Shown piece after piece: positions 16,177 to 27,204 of a stretch of 48,079 nt of DNA (within the stretch, counting starts at the first letter, position 1; each line of letters opens with the position of its first letter). The DNA comes from a virus. The DNA is taken from UHGV virus genome UHGV-1371085; one strand, given 5' to 3'. The notes beneath the pieces are model-generated. The model worked only from the letters and a program-made list of their open reading frames with translations, searched no databases and was not told where the DNA came from. The position numbers were made by a program, and so were the translations under genes.

Positions 16177-18288
16177 TCATGCCGCAAAATAAAAACCACT
16201 GACCTGTACGGAACCGCCGGCACTATTTACCTGTGGGTAGGACGTAGCCGCAGCACCATCGGTAAATAACATTTGTGCGACGGTAGAGCCGTTGATGTTT
16301 CTCATGAACAGTCGCGCTGACGCGGTTGCTGCTGATACCGAGCTTGTTGCCGCGCTTATTGTCTGATTGTTATCCGCTGATGCTGCGAACGGCAGTCCGT
16401 TAATCAAAATGGCCCCACTGCCAGTATGGGCAGACCAGGCCACAGACAGAGTGAAATGCACGACGTTGCCAACCCGAGTGTATTTACCGTATTGGTTGGT
16501 ATATGTTCCGGTTCCGCCAGTGGTTGCGCCAGTAACAGTGGGCGTAAATGACCCTTCGCTATATGATTCAACACCAGTATTCGATAGTGAGCCCCCCCAG
16601 AAAGCCCAGCTTCCGACGACGACCTGAACATTAGTCGTAGCCTCATTGTGATACAGATAATCTGAAGTTATCCCCACTGAGTTTTCGACTATATTGTTTT
16701 TAATCGATATACGCGATGCTGTGCCACCGCCAATCCATACGATATACACCGTGGCGGTTAATGGGATGAAGGTGTTGTTTCTTACGAAGATATAAGAGGC
16801 GTTGGAGTCAGTATTATTGCCCAAACGCAGCATAGCGCTTGTACATCCGCGAAACGTATTACCTACAATAGTTAGCCCGCGAGTATCAGCCTGAACACGA
16901 ATGCCATAAAGCCCCCTGGAAATAATATTACCGGTAATCGCCAGGTTTCGAGGCTGACTAGTAATGCGGTTTACATGAATGTTTTGGGTGTTGTCACTAA
17001 GGTTATTACCAGTCACGGCCCCATCAGCTACAGTCTCCAGGAAAACCCCGGTAAGGCAGTCACTAACTGTGTTCCCGTCGATGCTGAAATTGGTGCCTAT
17101 CGGTGCCGATGAATCGTTATTACCATAAACATCAATACCGTTGTCAGCACAACGTCTAACGATATTAGACGCGATGTCCAGGCCGTCAAATGAAGACACC
17201 TGCAATCCGATGTTTCCACAATCGTATACCTGATTGCCTGTTATAATAATATTTTTAGAGGCTACGGTAAGACTCCCGCGAACAGAAGCCCCGCATCCCG
17301 GCATATCTTTAAATGTGCAATTTATTATTTCGGTGTTTTCTTTGGCATAAACCCAGATACCGTGAGCGTTGACGTTGGCCGCCTGATTTTCCGCATTCCC
17401 ATCCAGTGTTATTCTCTCAAATGACATATCCGACGGATAGTTGTCGTTTGTTTGGTCTGTGCCAAAGAATCTTACCAAAGAATCACTGGGTGTGACTGTT
17501 CCCGGCAGCCATTTAATCGTTCCCCCACCAGTTATTCTAACCCCTGATTTGAGTTCAAATGACCATTTTCCTCTCACAGTTCCGCTGTCGAATACCGCCG
17601 GTACTGCGGAGGTGAGAAACACACCAGGAGGTACTATGACGTTCTGCACGTGCCCGGTAGCCTGCCAGGCGTCATGAGCCGCATCAATGGCTTTCTGAAT
17701 AGCTTCCCGACTATCAAAATCTTCGTATCCGTCCTCACCAATGCTTCTGGCTCCATGTGCGCATATATTAAAGCCGTACATGCGCTTCAGTATTCTGTCT
17801 GCCATTTCGCCATAAACTGTACCGACAATCCCGAGACCTAAACCCGCTTCGCCTGAACCCAGGTCTTGGCGAAGCGTGTCACCATCCATCAGAACGAAGT
17901 GAGTAACGTCGCTCGCAAAGCTGGTTGCATCGGTTCCGGTGGTCGTAAACCCGACGTCAGTGGCAGCATTAAGGCGGTAATACTGGTTGTCGTAACGGAT
18001 GTACTGGTTACGGGCGCTGAACTGAAAAGGACCATCCTCATAGTCGCCAAGAAAAACGTAACCGGAGGACAGAAGGAATTGCTCAAACCGATTAGCTCTG
18101 TCAAGCTGCGCGGCATCGAATTGATTATTCCTGCCGGTATTCGTCAGCCTCTGCGCGCTGAATCGGTCGGTGTAGTAATCGGCACTGCCATTGACCTCTT
18201 CATCAATCTTGCCAGCGTTAAATTTCAGGTCGCGCGGGTCTTCAGATGGGATTGGCTTGTTAGTTGGGGTAGTAGCCATCGGCTGCAA
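16177..18288 (-). CDS. tailspike or tail fibre with a right-handed beta-helix (pectate-lyase-like) depolymerase domain
   Basis: 703 aa. Central repeats such as NIIITGNQVYDCGNIGLQVSS, IASNIVRRCADNGIDVYGN, IDGNTVSDC and ITGNIISRG are typical of parallel beta-helix repeats. The C-terminus is Gly/Thr/Ser-rich. Confidence 0.7.
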   Translation of the reverse strand: MQPMATTPTNKPIPSEDPRDLKFNAGKIDEEVNGSADYYTDRFSAQRLTNTGRNNQFDAAQLDRANRFEQFLLSSGYVFLGDYEDGPFQFSARNQYIRYDNQYYRLNAATDVGFTTTGTDATSFASDVTHFVLMDGDTLRQDLGSGEAGLGLGIVGTVYGEMADRILKRMYGFNICAHGARSIGEDGYEDFDSREAIQKAIDAAHDAWQATGHVQNVIVPPGVFLTSAVPAVFDSGTVRGKWSFELKSGVRITGGGTIKWLPGTVTPSDSLVRFFGTDQTNDNYPSDMSFERITLDGNAENQAANVNAHGIWVYAKENTEIINCTFKDMPGCGASVRGSLTVASKNIIITGNQVYDCGNIGLQVSSFDGLDIASNIVRRCADNGIDVYGNNDSSAPIGTNFSIDGNTVSDCLTGVFLETVADGAVTGNNLSDNTQNIHVNRITSQPRNLAITGNIISRGLYGIRVQADTRGLTIVGNTFRGCTSAMLRLGNNTDSNASYIFVRNNTFIPLTATVYIVWIGGGTASRISIKNNIVENSVGITSDYLYHNEATTNVQVVVGSWAFWGGSLSNTGVESYSEGSFTPTVTGATTGGTGTYTNQYGKYTRVGNVVHFTLSVAWSAHTGSGAILINGLPFAASADNNQTISAATSSVSAATASARLFMRNINGSTVAQMLFTDGAAATSYPQVNSAGGSVQVSGFYFAA

Positions 18289-18317
18289 TCTCCGTAATCA
18301 TTAATTGCCCTATTGTA

Positions 18318-20798
18318 TCACGCAACAGGGTTGGTGTAGGCGTACATGGCATCATTGTACTCAGTTACAGTCAGTGATACCGTGCCATCTGTACCAGGCG
18401 TTTTCTGGCTAACTGTCCATAATGTTGAGTCAAGCTCAACCTCTGTGGAGATGGCATATCTTGACTCTGACTGAACATTAACACCGTCAAAAATGTTTAA
18501 CTCGAAATCAGATGGCAATGCGCACTCGAATGTATTCAATCCAGTAACGGTGCAAGCGAGACGCTCTGACACATTCCCGTTAGCGCCAGTGATAACCACA
18601 AAAAGGCTACTTCCTGCCGTGAGCTGTTCACTGGTTGTAAATACGTTTCCAGACCTTGAGCGGATAACACCTGTTTGTTGTACTGAATCATAAATGTCGA
18701 CAACGGAAATCATATCGCCAACGTTTACCCACTCGCCATCAGCAAGCGCTTTTATCTCCATTCCGCGACGTGAGTACATCAGACGATTGCACTCAAGCAT
18801 GGCCCGGTCTGTTGCCTGATACAGGTTTCGAACATATAGTATGTCGAATTTTTTCGGTTTAGTTGGCTCTCCAGGCTCTATACCAGAAGTGCCAACTTTA
18901 TAATAAACGTAAGCCTGTTTGTTGGTGTTTGGGTCTCGGTACTGAACGCTTACGCCATCATATGACCCCGGCAAAGTCATGTCATAAGACATTTTATAGC
19001 CGTCGGCCTGCGTGTTTCTGGTATTAAACACGGTTTCAGGGGTTGATTTTTGCTCATCCCTTGAGAAAGACAAGACGCCATCATCCCAAAACACCGTCAC
19101 GCGAGCTGCATCACAGATGGTCTGAATTCGCTCACCGATTGATTTATCCTCATCGTCAAAGGTGTAATCAAAGTACCCAAGACGCTCATCAGGCAGCGCA
19201 TCAGCTATTTCATAGAGCCTGCCTATATCAATGGTGCTATCAGGCTGACCAGCGGTAATAAGCCAGTTATGCAGCACTGAATCTGCAAAACTTCTTGACG
19301 GCGTTAATGTGTAATCTACCTCTCCGGTTGCTCTGTTATATCCAATCGTCCAGCGGGTAATCAGCGCATTATATTTGCGCTCAGTAACTGATGTTGGCTG
19401 AAGCGTGGCCTTCACCGTCACTTTAACAAGGGTGTCATCAGGATAAACCACATTCTCACGGATGTTGATGGCATGTGCTGCCTGCAACGTTACGCGGTTG
19501 CCAGAGTTTGAGTTATTTGTCCTTTCAATGCTGATGGCATACTTAGCCAGCCCATAAGCAGGAGTTAGCTTATACGTGCGATAATAGGTTTTTGTTGTCT
19601 GATTAAATGGGTTGTCAATACTGTCTGAGAGCTGCTCCTCAGTTCCTGGAATGGCATCTCCATTATCATCAACTGCCCACACCTTGATCAGATAATCCGC
19701 CGTGCCACTGGTAGGCCCAAGCTCAGACTGAACGTGAACCCAAACCTGTGTTGATTCCACAGCCCCAACATATGGGCCAACAACGAGCGCCTCATTATCC
19801 ACAATCTGGAAATAAGTGTTGTTGATGGTTGCGCCGGTCAGGTTGCCAAGATTTGCGCCGGTCAGGTTATTGAAGGTGAAATTATAAAAATACTGAATAT
19901 CAGGGATAACACCTGTCTCAGTTTCCTCGGCAGAAATTATGTTGCCGCTAAGTTGAATATTTTCAGTAACTGGCCCTGATGTTGAGTTGTAGGTGATATT
20001 TATTGTTAATGACACAGAGTGCGGCAAAGACAGTCCCATGAAGTAATCGAAATCAGTGTTTTTTGGTATGACCATTAACAACTGACCGCCAGCATAATCG
20101 CCACTGGTAACAGATGTTGTGGTCGCTGTCTCTATCGGGGTATCTTCTGATTCGTTCAGTCCTGGAACCTCCTGACCATCAAGTCCGTCGAACTGGTAAG
20201 GCTCAATGATTTGTCCAATCACGTCGCCTGGGTTGTAGATGACGTGCGTCGCCCCGGGCAGAGAACCAAGATTAGTTTCCGCATAGCGAACCGATGAAAT
20301 GGTGTATTTCCCAAGGCCAAAGTTCATGAACTCAGTGACGTACTTCAGATCGTCAATGTATTCAAAAAGCGATTCCTGAATCAGGTCAGGGAATGCCCTT
20401 ATCTGACCGAAGTTGTCAGGTCTTGCCTCTCCGTTACGCGCAATATTGGTTTGCGATTTCAGGCTGTTATTGGGTGATTCAACCGTCGTGCCAGTGCTGG
20501 TCGATGGTGTTGATGCTTTTGGCAGCAGAAAAGAAAGAACCTTAGTTACAGGCTTAAGTATCGTGCTGATAAGGTCGCCAATGGCGCCGCGAGGCTGACA
20601 GTAAATGTTAACAATATCGTTTTGCTTTAACGATATCGACAATTCATCATCAGGGCCAAAAATACGGCCATTCAGTGCAATCCTGATATCAGATGGAAGG
20701 CCGGAATTCTCCAGCCATCTCCACAGATTAGTGCCAGCAGGAACATTACCCGTCTCTTTTGGAACTCCTGGCATCTTCTGAATGTGAATAACCGGCAT
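18318..20798 (-). CDS. central tail fibre / host-specificity protein: N-terminal gpI-like domain fused to a lambda-J-like core (826 aa)
   Basis: The first 200 aa or so resemble lambda gpI ([13 protein letters not shown]..., [11 protein letters not shown]...NFGQIRAFP). The remainder resembles the N-terminal two-thirds of lambda J. It follows the K-like gene, and no separate I gene is present. Confidence 0.65.
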   Translation of the reverse strand: MPVIHIQKMPGVPKETGNVPAGTNLWRWLENSGLPSDIRIALNGRIFGPDDELSISLKQNDIVNIYCQPRGAIGDLISTILKPVTKVLSFLLPKASTPSTSTGTTVESPNNSLKSQTNIARNGEARPDNFGQIRAFPDLIQESLFEYIDDLKYVTEFMNFGLGKYTISSVRYAETNLGSLPGATHVIYNPGDVIGQIIEPYQFDGLDGQEVPGLNESEDTPIETATTTSVTSGDYAGGQLLMVIPKNTDFDYFMGLSLPHSVSLTINITYNSTSGPVTENIQLSGNIISAEETETGVIPDIQYFYNFTFNNLTGANLGNLTGATINNTYFQIVDNEALVVGPYVGAVESTQVWVHVQSELGPTSGTADYLIKVWAVDDNGDAIPGTEEQLSDSIDNPFNQTTKTYYRTYKLTPAYGLAKYAISIERTNNSNSGNRVTLQAAHAINIRENVVYPDDTLVKVTVKATLQPTSVTERKYNALITRWTIGYNRATGEVDYTLTPSRSFADSVLHNWLITAGQPDSTIDIGRLYEIADALPDERLGYFDYTFDDEDKSIGERIQTICDAARVTVFWDDGVLSFSRDEQKSTPETVFNTRNTQADGYKMSYDMTLPGSYDGVSVQYRDPNTNKQAYVYYKVGTSGIEPGEPTKPKKFDILYVRNLYQATDRAMLECNRLMYSRRGMEIKALADGEWVNVGDMISVVDIYDSVQQTGVIRSRSGNVFTTSEQLTAGSSLFVVITGANGNVSERLACTVTGLNTFECALPSDFELNIFDGVNVQSESRYAISTEVELDSTLWTVSQKTPGTDGTVSLTVTEYNDAMYAYTNPVA

Positions 20799-21225
20799 AA
20801 GTCAGGAACCTTAATTTTGTTGATAATTTTTCGAGTGTTTTAAGGCGGTCTGTCTTGACTGCCGTTTTCTCTCGCGCATGCAGTATTTTATCACGCCCCC
20901 ACCACAGCGCGACATGTACCGGATAACTCCCGCGATAGGCAACCACCACATCGCCAGTTTTGGGATGGTCGGTGTCTTTCCAGAATGAAACTTCCCCATT
21001 GAAGCAAGTGACAAAATCGCTACCATTCGAATATGAATCATCGTGATGAACATTGACATTCATACAAAGACGATAGAACAGCACTACCAGACCCCAGCAG
21101 TCCACCGCGTCAACGTGACAACACCTGTCGACGTATGGCTTGCCAAGCATCATCCTCTCAAAATCGTCAAACGGTACGCAGTCCGGGAAATTCTGTGATG
21201 TCATAAAGTTTTGCCACGTTGCCAT
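20746..21225 (-). CDS. tail assembly protein K-like, NlpC/P60 peptidase domain
   Basis: [10 protein letters not shown] carries a candidate catalytic Cys and HVALWWG a candidate His. Position is M-L-K-J. The start is ambiguous (three in-frame Mets, overlap with the L-like gene). Confidence 0.55.
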   Translation of the reverse strand: MATWQNFMTSQNFPDCVPFDDFERMMLGKPYVDRCCHVDAVDCWGLVVLFYRLCMNVNVHHDDSYSNGSDFVTCFNGEVSFWKDTDHPKTGDVVVAYRGSYPVHVALWWGRDKILHAREKTAVKTDRLKTLEKLSTKLRFLTYAGYSHSEDARSSKRDG

Positions 21226-21637
21226 TGATTGGGTTTTTTATGGAAATGGAGACAGTTACATCAGACTGATCAAGCGTCACATCGTTCACATAAAGCGTAT
21301 ATGGTTTTAATGGTGTGTCTTTGTCAGTCTCGTCAAAACGCTGGTATAACGCAGTGATAGGCTCAATGCGTCCAGAACCTGACCATAACTTTAAATATTG
21401 CTTAAAGTCATTTGCCAGTCTCGCAAACTTCAGCGTGGCATTTATTACCGGCGTGTTCGATTGCTGGCTTCTGGTTACATCCATGCGCACTGGCTGGTAA
21501 GTCTGGCCGCCAAGTACAATATCAGAAAACTCATTGCCAACTAGCCGGACGTAACCAAATGAAGAATGATAAAAGGTTATGGTGTCATACAGCTTCCAGT
21601 TTGGCCTTTTTGACTGGTATTCACGTAATGTTGGCAT
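21167..21637 (-). CDS. minor tail protein L-like
   Basis: [12 protein letters not shown] resembles the lambda L motif WQGRQYQP. It lies between the M-like and K-like genes. Confidence 0.5.
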   Translation of the reverse strand: MPTLREYQSKRPNWKLYDTITFYHSSFGYVRLVGNEFSDIVLGGQTYQPVRMDVTRSQQSNTPVINATLKFARLANDFKQYLKLWSGSGRIEPITALYQRFDETDKDTPLKPYTLYVNDVTLDQSDVTVSISIKNPINGNVAKLYDITEFPGLRTV

Positions 21638-22107
21638 TATGGATACTCCGGCAAATCCCTGTTAACGACTTCATCAATCCATGAATACCATCTCTCATCA
21701 AGCTCAACAAGCACATCATCAAACTCATCCATGGAGTTATTGAGGGTTTTACAGATGACATTTCCAGTCCATGTGACGATGCCGCCATTGATGCTTGTCT
21801 GCACGGGGTAATCAGTAAAGTGCAAAGTCTGATTCTGTAATCCGCTGCCACCAAGATCGATATCCATCGTGAACCATTCATTGCAATGGTTGAGGTAGTT
21901 TGGGCTTCTCAGCCATTGGAGAAATGCCCTTTCCTGCCTGAGCGTGAAAACCCATGTCAAACTCCATGTTACTGCAACATCGGTAGTTAACTTTTGAAAT
22001 ATTGGCGCCCCAACCGCAGGCTGATCGCTGCGGAATGGGGTTTGAGTTGTCATGTTCTTGCTGGCACGCTGCGCAAGCGGTAGCCATGATGGGTAAGCTA
22101 TAGCCAT
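21637..22107 (-). CDS. minor tail protein M-like (distal tail)
   Basis: Lies immediately downstream of the tape measure gene and is of about gpM size. Similarity is weak. Confidence 0.45.
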   Translation of the reverse strand: MAIAYPSWLPLAQRASKNMTTQTPFRSDQPAVGAPIFQKLTTDVAVTWSLTWVFTLRQERAFLQWLRSPNYLNHCNEWFTMDIDLGGSGLQNQTLHFTDYPVQTSINGGIVTWTGNVICKTLNNSMDEFDDVLVELDERWYSWIDEVVNRDLPEYP

Positions 22108-25022
22108 TATTCTGTTGCCCTTCTGGTTGCGGTGGTGTTGCTGGTAATAGCCTGAGAAATAGGGCCTCCATTTTCTATGTCGGCAACGATAGTCTCAATT
22201 GTAACAGAGCCGTCACCGTTATCTTTTGCGGTGGTTGTCACGTTTGATGACGTATAGTTTGTCACACTATTATAAATCACAAGGCCACTGCCACCGCCGG
22301 TAAGGTCTTTGTTGCTGATAACCTTTCCGTTGTCCCCGGGTATCATGTACTGATTACCATTGCTGGCCTGGAAGATTTCAGGCAGGTTATTCTCGCCGAC
22401 CCGATACATTGCACCAGCCTGCGCAGGTCCACCATTCTTCAGCGCTCCGGCAACAGACATTGCTTTAGCTACGCCAACCGTAGAAGCAATACCAGCCTGA
22501 GCTGGGATTGCGTTAGCTCCAGATGTAGCAAGCGATGTCATTGCTGCCGCTGGTGCCATAGCAGCTGCTATTCCTGCCGCCTGAGCGGCGGTTGCGGCAG
22601 ATGCTGCTGCCATTCCTGCCTGCCCCATGATTACCGATTTAAGCCACTCCACACCCATCTGAACGAAAGAGTTAATAACCGCATTTAACACATTGCTCCC
22701 TATTGACTGTAGCGCCTCGCTAACAGACATTGAGCCAGTCAAAACGCCAGTTAAGGCATTGCTTGCGGTTTGCCCAAAAGCATCAAATGCAGCAGCTGCT
22801 GCTTGCGTAGCCGCATTCTGCTGACTCCACTCCTGCCACATGGCATCAAGGCGCTGCTGTCGATATTGCTCCTCAATAGCTGCTCTGGCCTGTTCAACCT
22901 CCGCTATCTTTTGCGGGTAAGCTACCGCGTAAGCATTGAGCGCTGCTAAATCTTTCTGATAATTTGTTTCAACGGCAAACATTGGGGATGTCTGCGATTT
23001 TAATGCAGCAAAGCCTTTTACAGCTTCGGCTCTTTTTTTCTCCGCCTCTGCCTGAGCCTTGAGCGCGTTGGCATTATCCCATGCCTTAGCTGCATACTGC
23101 CCGGCAAGGTTAATTTGCTCCTGAGTGGCTCCCTTGCCAAGGGATTGCTGAGCAGCCAGTATTGACTGTTCGCGGCTAAGCTCTCTTGTACTTTCAGCGG
23201 TAAGCAGTGACTTCTGTCGAAGCTGCTCAAGTTTATTGGCGATATTCTCCTGCTCTGTGGCTGCTTTTTTTGCCTCTGAGGTTGCCGCACTTTGCGCGCT
23301 ACGCTCACTCTTCAGAGATTGCGCATTTTTCTCCTGCTGCTGATAGGTTTGCAGGCGAACATTGTAATAGTCACGAAATGCTTGAGTACCGGCTTTTAGC
23401 CCCTGATTCTCAGCATCACGCCATGCGAGCGCCTTCTGTTTCTCTACGCCAGTCTGTCGCTCAATGAAAAGGGTCTGCTTAGCCTGCTGCAATGCTTTAT
23501 CCTGAGAGTCAGTTAACTCATCAGTCATTTGCTTTAGCAGTCGAAGTCGCTGTGTTGCATCAGCGCTGCTGGTTGCAATCTCAAGCAGTCTTTTCGCGTA
23601 TTCCCGCGCCGTTGCTGCGCCGCTGGATGTTCCCTCACCGACTCGTTGCAGAGTGACAACCAGAGCCTGCAATTTCTCATCAGATGGATTTTTTGCAATA
23701 TCAGAAAGCTGTTTTGCGAATTCGAAAGCCTGCTGGTCTGAGAGCTGGAATTTACCAGCTAACGCGCCTACCGTGGCAATCATGCCATTCATTGACGTCT
23801 GACCGGCCTGGCCCGCTGCTGATGCTTGTTTAATGGCTTCCGTCCAGCTATTCGTTGTGATATTAAGCTGCGACATGTAGTCATTGAAAAGTTTCACGCT
23901 GGCATAGCCACCACCAAGCGATGAAACAAGAGAATCGCCAAATCCGATAAAGTCACTTGATGCCTTTGTGACTTCTGCTGAGACTTTAGACAGGGCAGCC
24001 TGCAACTCAAGCTGTGCCTGTTGGCGCATCAGGGTAGCTACCGCTGAGTTGGCTTTTGCAAGCTGGGCGAATTTGTCGGTATAGACAGCGACACCAGAGG
24101 ATGAAACCGAAACGACGCTATCCATGGTCGCTATGGCTTCTTTTAGTGAATCAACGGCGTTTTTGCCGTTTCCGAGTGACGCTATAAGTGAGCCAGCAAT
24201 AACCGTTGCGATGGTCAGTACGGCGCCCGCCACGGGGCTAAACACAGAAGCCAGCTGAGAGCCTTGCTGACTAAATGCCACAAGCGCAGACTGACCCCCC
24301 TGAACCTGAACAATAAAATCCTGTATCTGATAGCCACCCTGCTGCATTATATTTTTAAAGTTACCGGTGGACTTCCCGGCGGCTTCGGTACCATTTTTCA
24401 TGTCGTACAGGCGGCCAGTAAGCTCAGCTATTTTTGCTTTCTGTGCGTCAGTGGCGCTATCTCCTGCACGAAGCTGTGCGGCCAATATCGCCGCACTTCT
24501 TGCGCCTTTTTCTGCTTGTTCGTCGAGGATTGCAATCTGGTTCCCAAGACTCTCAATCATCCTGTCAATGCCAGAGATTGAGCTGCCAGTTTCAGTTGAC
24601 TGAGCGCCAAGTGCGCGAATTGCTTGCGTAACCTGATTGACTGAGTTTTGAAGTGCAAGGCCGGTTGCATTCGCAGACACCTGAGCCTGCTGCATCTGTG
24701 CGAGCTGTTGGTTGAGGGCTGCAATAACCTGCTCTGCACCAGTAACGCTCGATGTTGTCGCTTCTACTGAACTGGCGGCAGTCTTCGACGATGAAGCCAT
24801 ATCCTTCAGCGTTGCATCAATGGAACTTACGATTTTCGCCAGGGCTGAAAGCTCTTTGCCAGATGATGACGCCGCACCATCCAGTTTGTCCATGCTTTTT
24901 GATGAGTTCTGCGCTGACTTGTCGATGCTGTCAAGCGCATCCTCTGCCTGTTTAGCGCCAGCAGTGAGGCCAGAGACCTCCATGCCAACCTCATAGACAA
25001 TGCCGCCAACTTCTTCTGCCAT
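22107..25022 (-). CDS. tail tape measure protein (971 aa)
   Basis: Ala/Gln-rich, with long coiled-coil segments and a hydrophobic Gly/Ala-rich C-terminal region. It lies between the chaperone and the tail tip genes. Confidence 0.85.
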   Translation of the reverse strand: MAEEVGGIVYEVGMEVSGLTAGAKQAEDALDSIDKSAQNSSKSMDKLDGAASSSGKELSALAKIVSSIDATLKDMASSSKTAASSVEATTSSVTGAEQVIAALNQQLAQMQQAQVSANATGLALQNSVNQVTQAIRALGAQSTETGSSISGIDRMIESLGNQIAILDEQAEKGARSAAILAAQLRAGDSATDAQKAKIAELTGRLYDMKNGTEAAGKSTGNFKNIMQQGGYQIQDFIVQVQGGQSALVAFSQQGSQLASVFSPVAGAVLTIATVIAGSLIASLGNGKNAVDSLKEAIATMDSVVSVSSSGVAVYTDKFAQLAKANSAVATLMRQQAQLELQAALSKVSAEVTKASSDFIGFGDSLVSSLGGGYASVKLFNDYMSQLNITTNSWTEAIKQASAAGQAGQTSMNGMIATVGALAGKFQLSDQQAFEFAKQLSDIAKNPSDEKLQALVVTLQRVGEGTSSGAATAREYAKRLLEIATSSADATQRLRLLKQMTDELTDSQDKALQQAKQTLFIERQTGVEKQKALAWRDAENQGLKAGTQAFRDYYNVRLQTYQQQEKNAQSLKSERSAQSAATSEAKKAATEQENIANKLEQLRQKSLLTAESTRELSREQSILAAQQSLGKGATQEQINLAGQYAAKAWDNANALKAQAEAEKKRAEAVKGFAALKSQTSPMFAVETNYQKDLAALNAYAVAYPQKIAEVEQARAAIEEQYRQQRLDAMWQEWSQQNAATQAAAAAFDAFGQTASNALTGVLTGSMSVSEALQSIGSNVLNAVINSFVQMGVEWLKSVIMGQAGMAAASAATAAQAAGIAAAMAPAAAMTSLATSGANAIPAQAGIASTVGVAKAMSVAGALKNGGPAQAGAMYRVGENNLPEIFQASNGNQYMIPGDNGKVISNKDLTGGGSGLVIYNSVTNYTSSNVTTTAKDNGDGSVTIETIVADIENGGPISQAITSNTTATRRATE

Positions 25023-25729
25023 TATTTTGCTCCTTTGCTTTTAGCGGCCTTTCTGGCGGCTTTCTCTTTCAGTTTCTGTTTATTCAGCTTGGCCCGCTCA
25101 TAAGACGCATCATACTGCTCGCGCGTCATGCCTTCCGGTTCCGGGTATTTTGATTTTATCATTTGCTGATACTCGGTCATGGTCAGGTCTTCCGCTTCCT
25201 CACGGGTGATTCCGAAATGAGTGCGAGCTGAGATGATGTAATCCGACATTCTCAACTCACTGGTTGTGCGCTTTTGGTTTTCCGAGCGCTGAGGAACCTT
25301 AAGCGGAGACTTGCCGATGACGCCATGCTCCATCAGGTTGCGCGCAATAATAATAATGTCATTTACTGGCATTCTTCCGGTGACGTACTTCACACCGCGC
25401 GGAGTCGGCTTCCATGACCCAATGAGCACCGAGATATCATCATCACAACAGGACTGCATGATGAGGCAGGCAGCGCTGAGCACTTTCTTACCATAGGCAG
25501 GACGTGACAGGATTTTTGCCACCTGAATCTGCGCGCCATATGGCATTGATTGAATGGCGCCAAGTATGGCCGCGTACTCATAGCCATTAAGCGTGGCGTA
25601 CAGCTCGACAATCTCTTTCGGTGAGCCAAGCTCATTCATCGCCGCAAATGATGGTTTGAAGAAAAAAGACTTATCATCCAGGGAGATGCGCATCTCTCCG
25701 ATTTCTGTTAGCGGTGTGCGTTGTCTCAT
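25022..25729 (-). CDS. tail assembly chaperone (putative)
   Basis: The 235-aa gene lies between the major tail and tape measure genes. Its stop abuts the TMP start. The C-terminus is Lys-rich. Confidence 0.45.
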   Translation of the reverse strand: MRQRTPLTEIGEMRISLDDKSFFFKPSFAAMNELGSPKEIVELYATLNGYEYAAILGAIQSMPYGAQIQVAKILSRPAYGKKVLSAACLIMQSCCDDDISVLIGSWKPTPRGVKYVTGRMPVNDIIIIARNLMEHGVIGKSPLKVPQRSENQKRTTSELRMSDYIISARTHFGITREEAEDLTMTEYQQMIKSKYPEPEGMTREQYDASYERAKLNKQKLKEKAARKAAKSKGAK

Positions 25730-25766
25730 GTCTAAATCCTGTTTTCACAATGACGTAATTATACCA

Positions 25767-25796
25767 TTGACAGGGGGCGCAAAACTGACGTAGATT
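25767..25796 (+). promoter_or_regulatory. promoter: -35 TTGACA, 18-bp spacer, -10 TAGATT (overlapping a CTGACGTAGATTGA motif)
   Basis: ccaTTGACAgggggcgcaaaacTGACGTAGATTgaaa. A related TGACGTAATTATAC element lies at 25751-25764. Confidence 0.4.
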
Positions 25797-25826
25797 GAAA
25801 GCATAAGGTGATTGAGGTTTTGACAT

Positions 25827-25961
25827 ATGAACGAGACTGATGCTGATTTGAGATTTTACATCGACCTTTACATCGATCAGGGTTACACCTATGAGGAGGC
25901 CCGCGTAAAGGCGATTTTGTTGCTGGCTAAGATTGGCGTAGTGGTGGAGGATAAGAGATGA
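25827..25961 (+). CDS. hypothetical small protein (44 aa)
   Basis: MNETDADLRFYIDLYIDQGYTYEEARVKAILLLAKIG. First ORF after the promoter. Confidence 0.3.
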   Translation: MNETDADLRFYIDLYIDQGYTYEEARVKAILLLAKIGVVVEDKR

Positions 25962-26326
25962 GCACTGATTACAGCAAGATGAGTGATTTTGAGATTAATT
26001 TACGTGTTGCAGAGATTGTGGTCGACTACGACTGCATGTCAAGACTCCCATATACTGATATGGCTGTGCATTGGGGTGACGGCGCGAATTGGCATGCTTT
26101 TAACCCATGTAAAAACCCGGCAGATGCATGGCCGATTATCGTTGCTAATAAGATAAGCATCGTGTCACTCGATAACAAATGGATTGCAGCACCGATTGAT
26201 ACAGTAATTGATGGCATCACCGGAGATTCTGATGTTTGTTTTTATGCAAGCTCTGATGCCGTCTTTGATGCAAATCCACTGCGCGCCGCCATGATTGTCT
26301 TCCTCATGATGCGGGGTAGCAAGTGA
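25958..26326 (+). CDS. hypothetical phage protein (122 aa), possibly DUF2591-like
   Basis: ORF overlapping its neighbours by 4 nt. The family call rests on weak recollection of the pattern. Confidence 0.4.
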   Translation: MSTDYSKMSDFEINLRVAEIVVDYDCMSRLPYTDMAVHWGDGANWHAFNPCKNPADAWPIIVANKISIVSLDNKWIAAPIDTVIDGITGDSDVCFYASSDAVFDANPLRAAMIVFLMMRGSK

Positions 26327-26520
26327 TGGCGAGAAGAGAGATGTACATTGCTGCCAGCGAACTCAAGAAAGGAGACATCCTTGATATGCAGGAGGTGCAG
26401 TCAAAGCGCAATTCAAGAGATGGCGCCGTAAGTCTTGTTCTTATCGGGACAACCACGGGAGAGAAGGTTTCTGTTAAATGGCGTGGCGATTCATATCATT
26501 ACATTACCAGGTATACCTGA
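26323..26520 (+). CDS. hypothetical protein (65 aa)
   Basis: Overlaps the previous ORF in an ATGA-type arrangement. Confidence 0.35.
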   Translation: MMARREMYIAASELKKGDILDMQEVQSKRNSRDGAVSLVLIGTTTGEKVSVKWRGDSYHYITRYT

Positions 26521-26532
26521 TAATAGGGGGGG

Positions 26533-26808
26533 GTGGAAATGCATGACGAAAGCCGATACGCCTGCGAACAATATCTTGATGCGCTAGTTACCATCGAGTT
26601 GGCAGCGCGCATGGCAATGCTGGACAGACGACCGGTAAATCGTGCAATCAGGTCATGCTGGTCTGCAATCAGGCCGCGCATTGATAATAAACTAAACAGG
26701 CAGATATTCGATGGTGTGGCTAGTCAGTTCATGCCGCGTGGTGCGCTGTGCATGTTGCGACGACAGTTAGATACTGCAATAAGCGAGGATAGTGATGATG
26801 ACTCTTAA
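26533..26808 (+). CDS. hypothetical protein (91 aa) preceded by a G8 homopolymer
   Basis: A GGGGGGGG tract at 26525-26532 serves as the SD region. Confidence 0.35.
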   Translation: MEMHDESRYACEQYLDALVTIELAARMAMLDRRPVNRAIRSCWSAIRPRIDNKLNRQIFDGVASQFMPRGALCMLRRQLDTAISEDSDDDS

Positions 26809-26951
26809 CAAAGAAGACGAAGATGTGATATCTGCATATGCAGGACAGCGCATCGACATAAACTATGCGATAGCAATTCACCTGAGACGATCTGAGTTTA
26901 TTGCTAATCTGATTTTGTGGGGCATAAAGAACAAGACGAGGAAGGCGTGAT
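26794..26951 (+). CDS. hypothetical small protein (52 aa)
   Basis: MMTLNKEDEDVISAYAGQRIDINYAIAIHLRRSEF. Overlaps its neighbours. Confidence 0.3.
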
Positions 26952-27204
26952 GAGTGAGTGGATTAAATGTAGTGAGCGGCTGCCAGAGTCAAAAGATGAT
27001 TTGGTGCTGGTTTATTCTGCAACTGGAGGTAAAATAAAACCAAATGGATTCCCCATTGGTGGTTACGATGCTGTGCATATTCAGGATTACTTTGATGATA
27101 TTACATGTGGCCTTGATAAGGATGGGAATCAGCTTTACACAAAATGGTATCTGTCACAAGGAATAACTCACTGGATGCCATTTCCTGAGCTGCCAAAATT
27201 ATAA
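26950..27204 (+). CDS. DUF551-domain protein (84 aa from MSEWIK)
   Basis: WIKCSERLP...ITHWMPFPELP. Paralogous to the C-terminus of 4788..5459. Confidence 0.5.
   Translation: MSEWIKCSERLPESKDDLVLVYSATGGKIKPNGFPIGGYDAVHIQDYFDDITCGLDKDGNQLYTKWYLSQGITHWMPFPELPKL

Noticed and set aside
20811-21059. 82-aa minus-strand ORF in another frame of the K-like gene
   Set aside because: It lies entirely within the K-like gene, and the K frame carries the NlpC/P60 motifs.
24264-24996. Several 60-105 aa plus-strand ORFs inside the tape measure gene
   Set aside because: These are shadow ORFs caused by the GC-rich repetitive Ala/Gln codons of the TMP on the opposite strand.
25022-25729. Programmed -1 frameshift (G/GT-type) in the tail chaperone gene
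   Set aside because: No slippery heptamer with a downstream extended frame could be identified convincingly by eye, so this is left as a single ORF.
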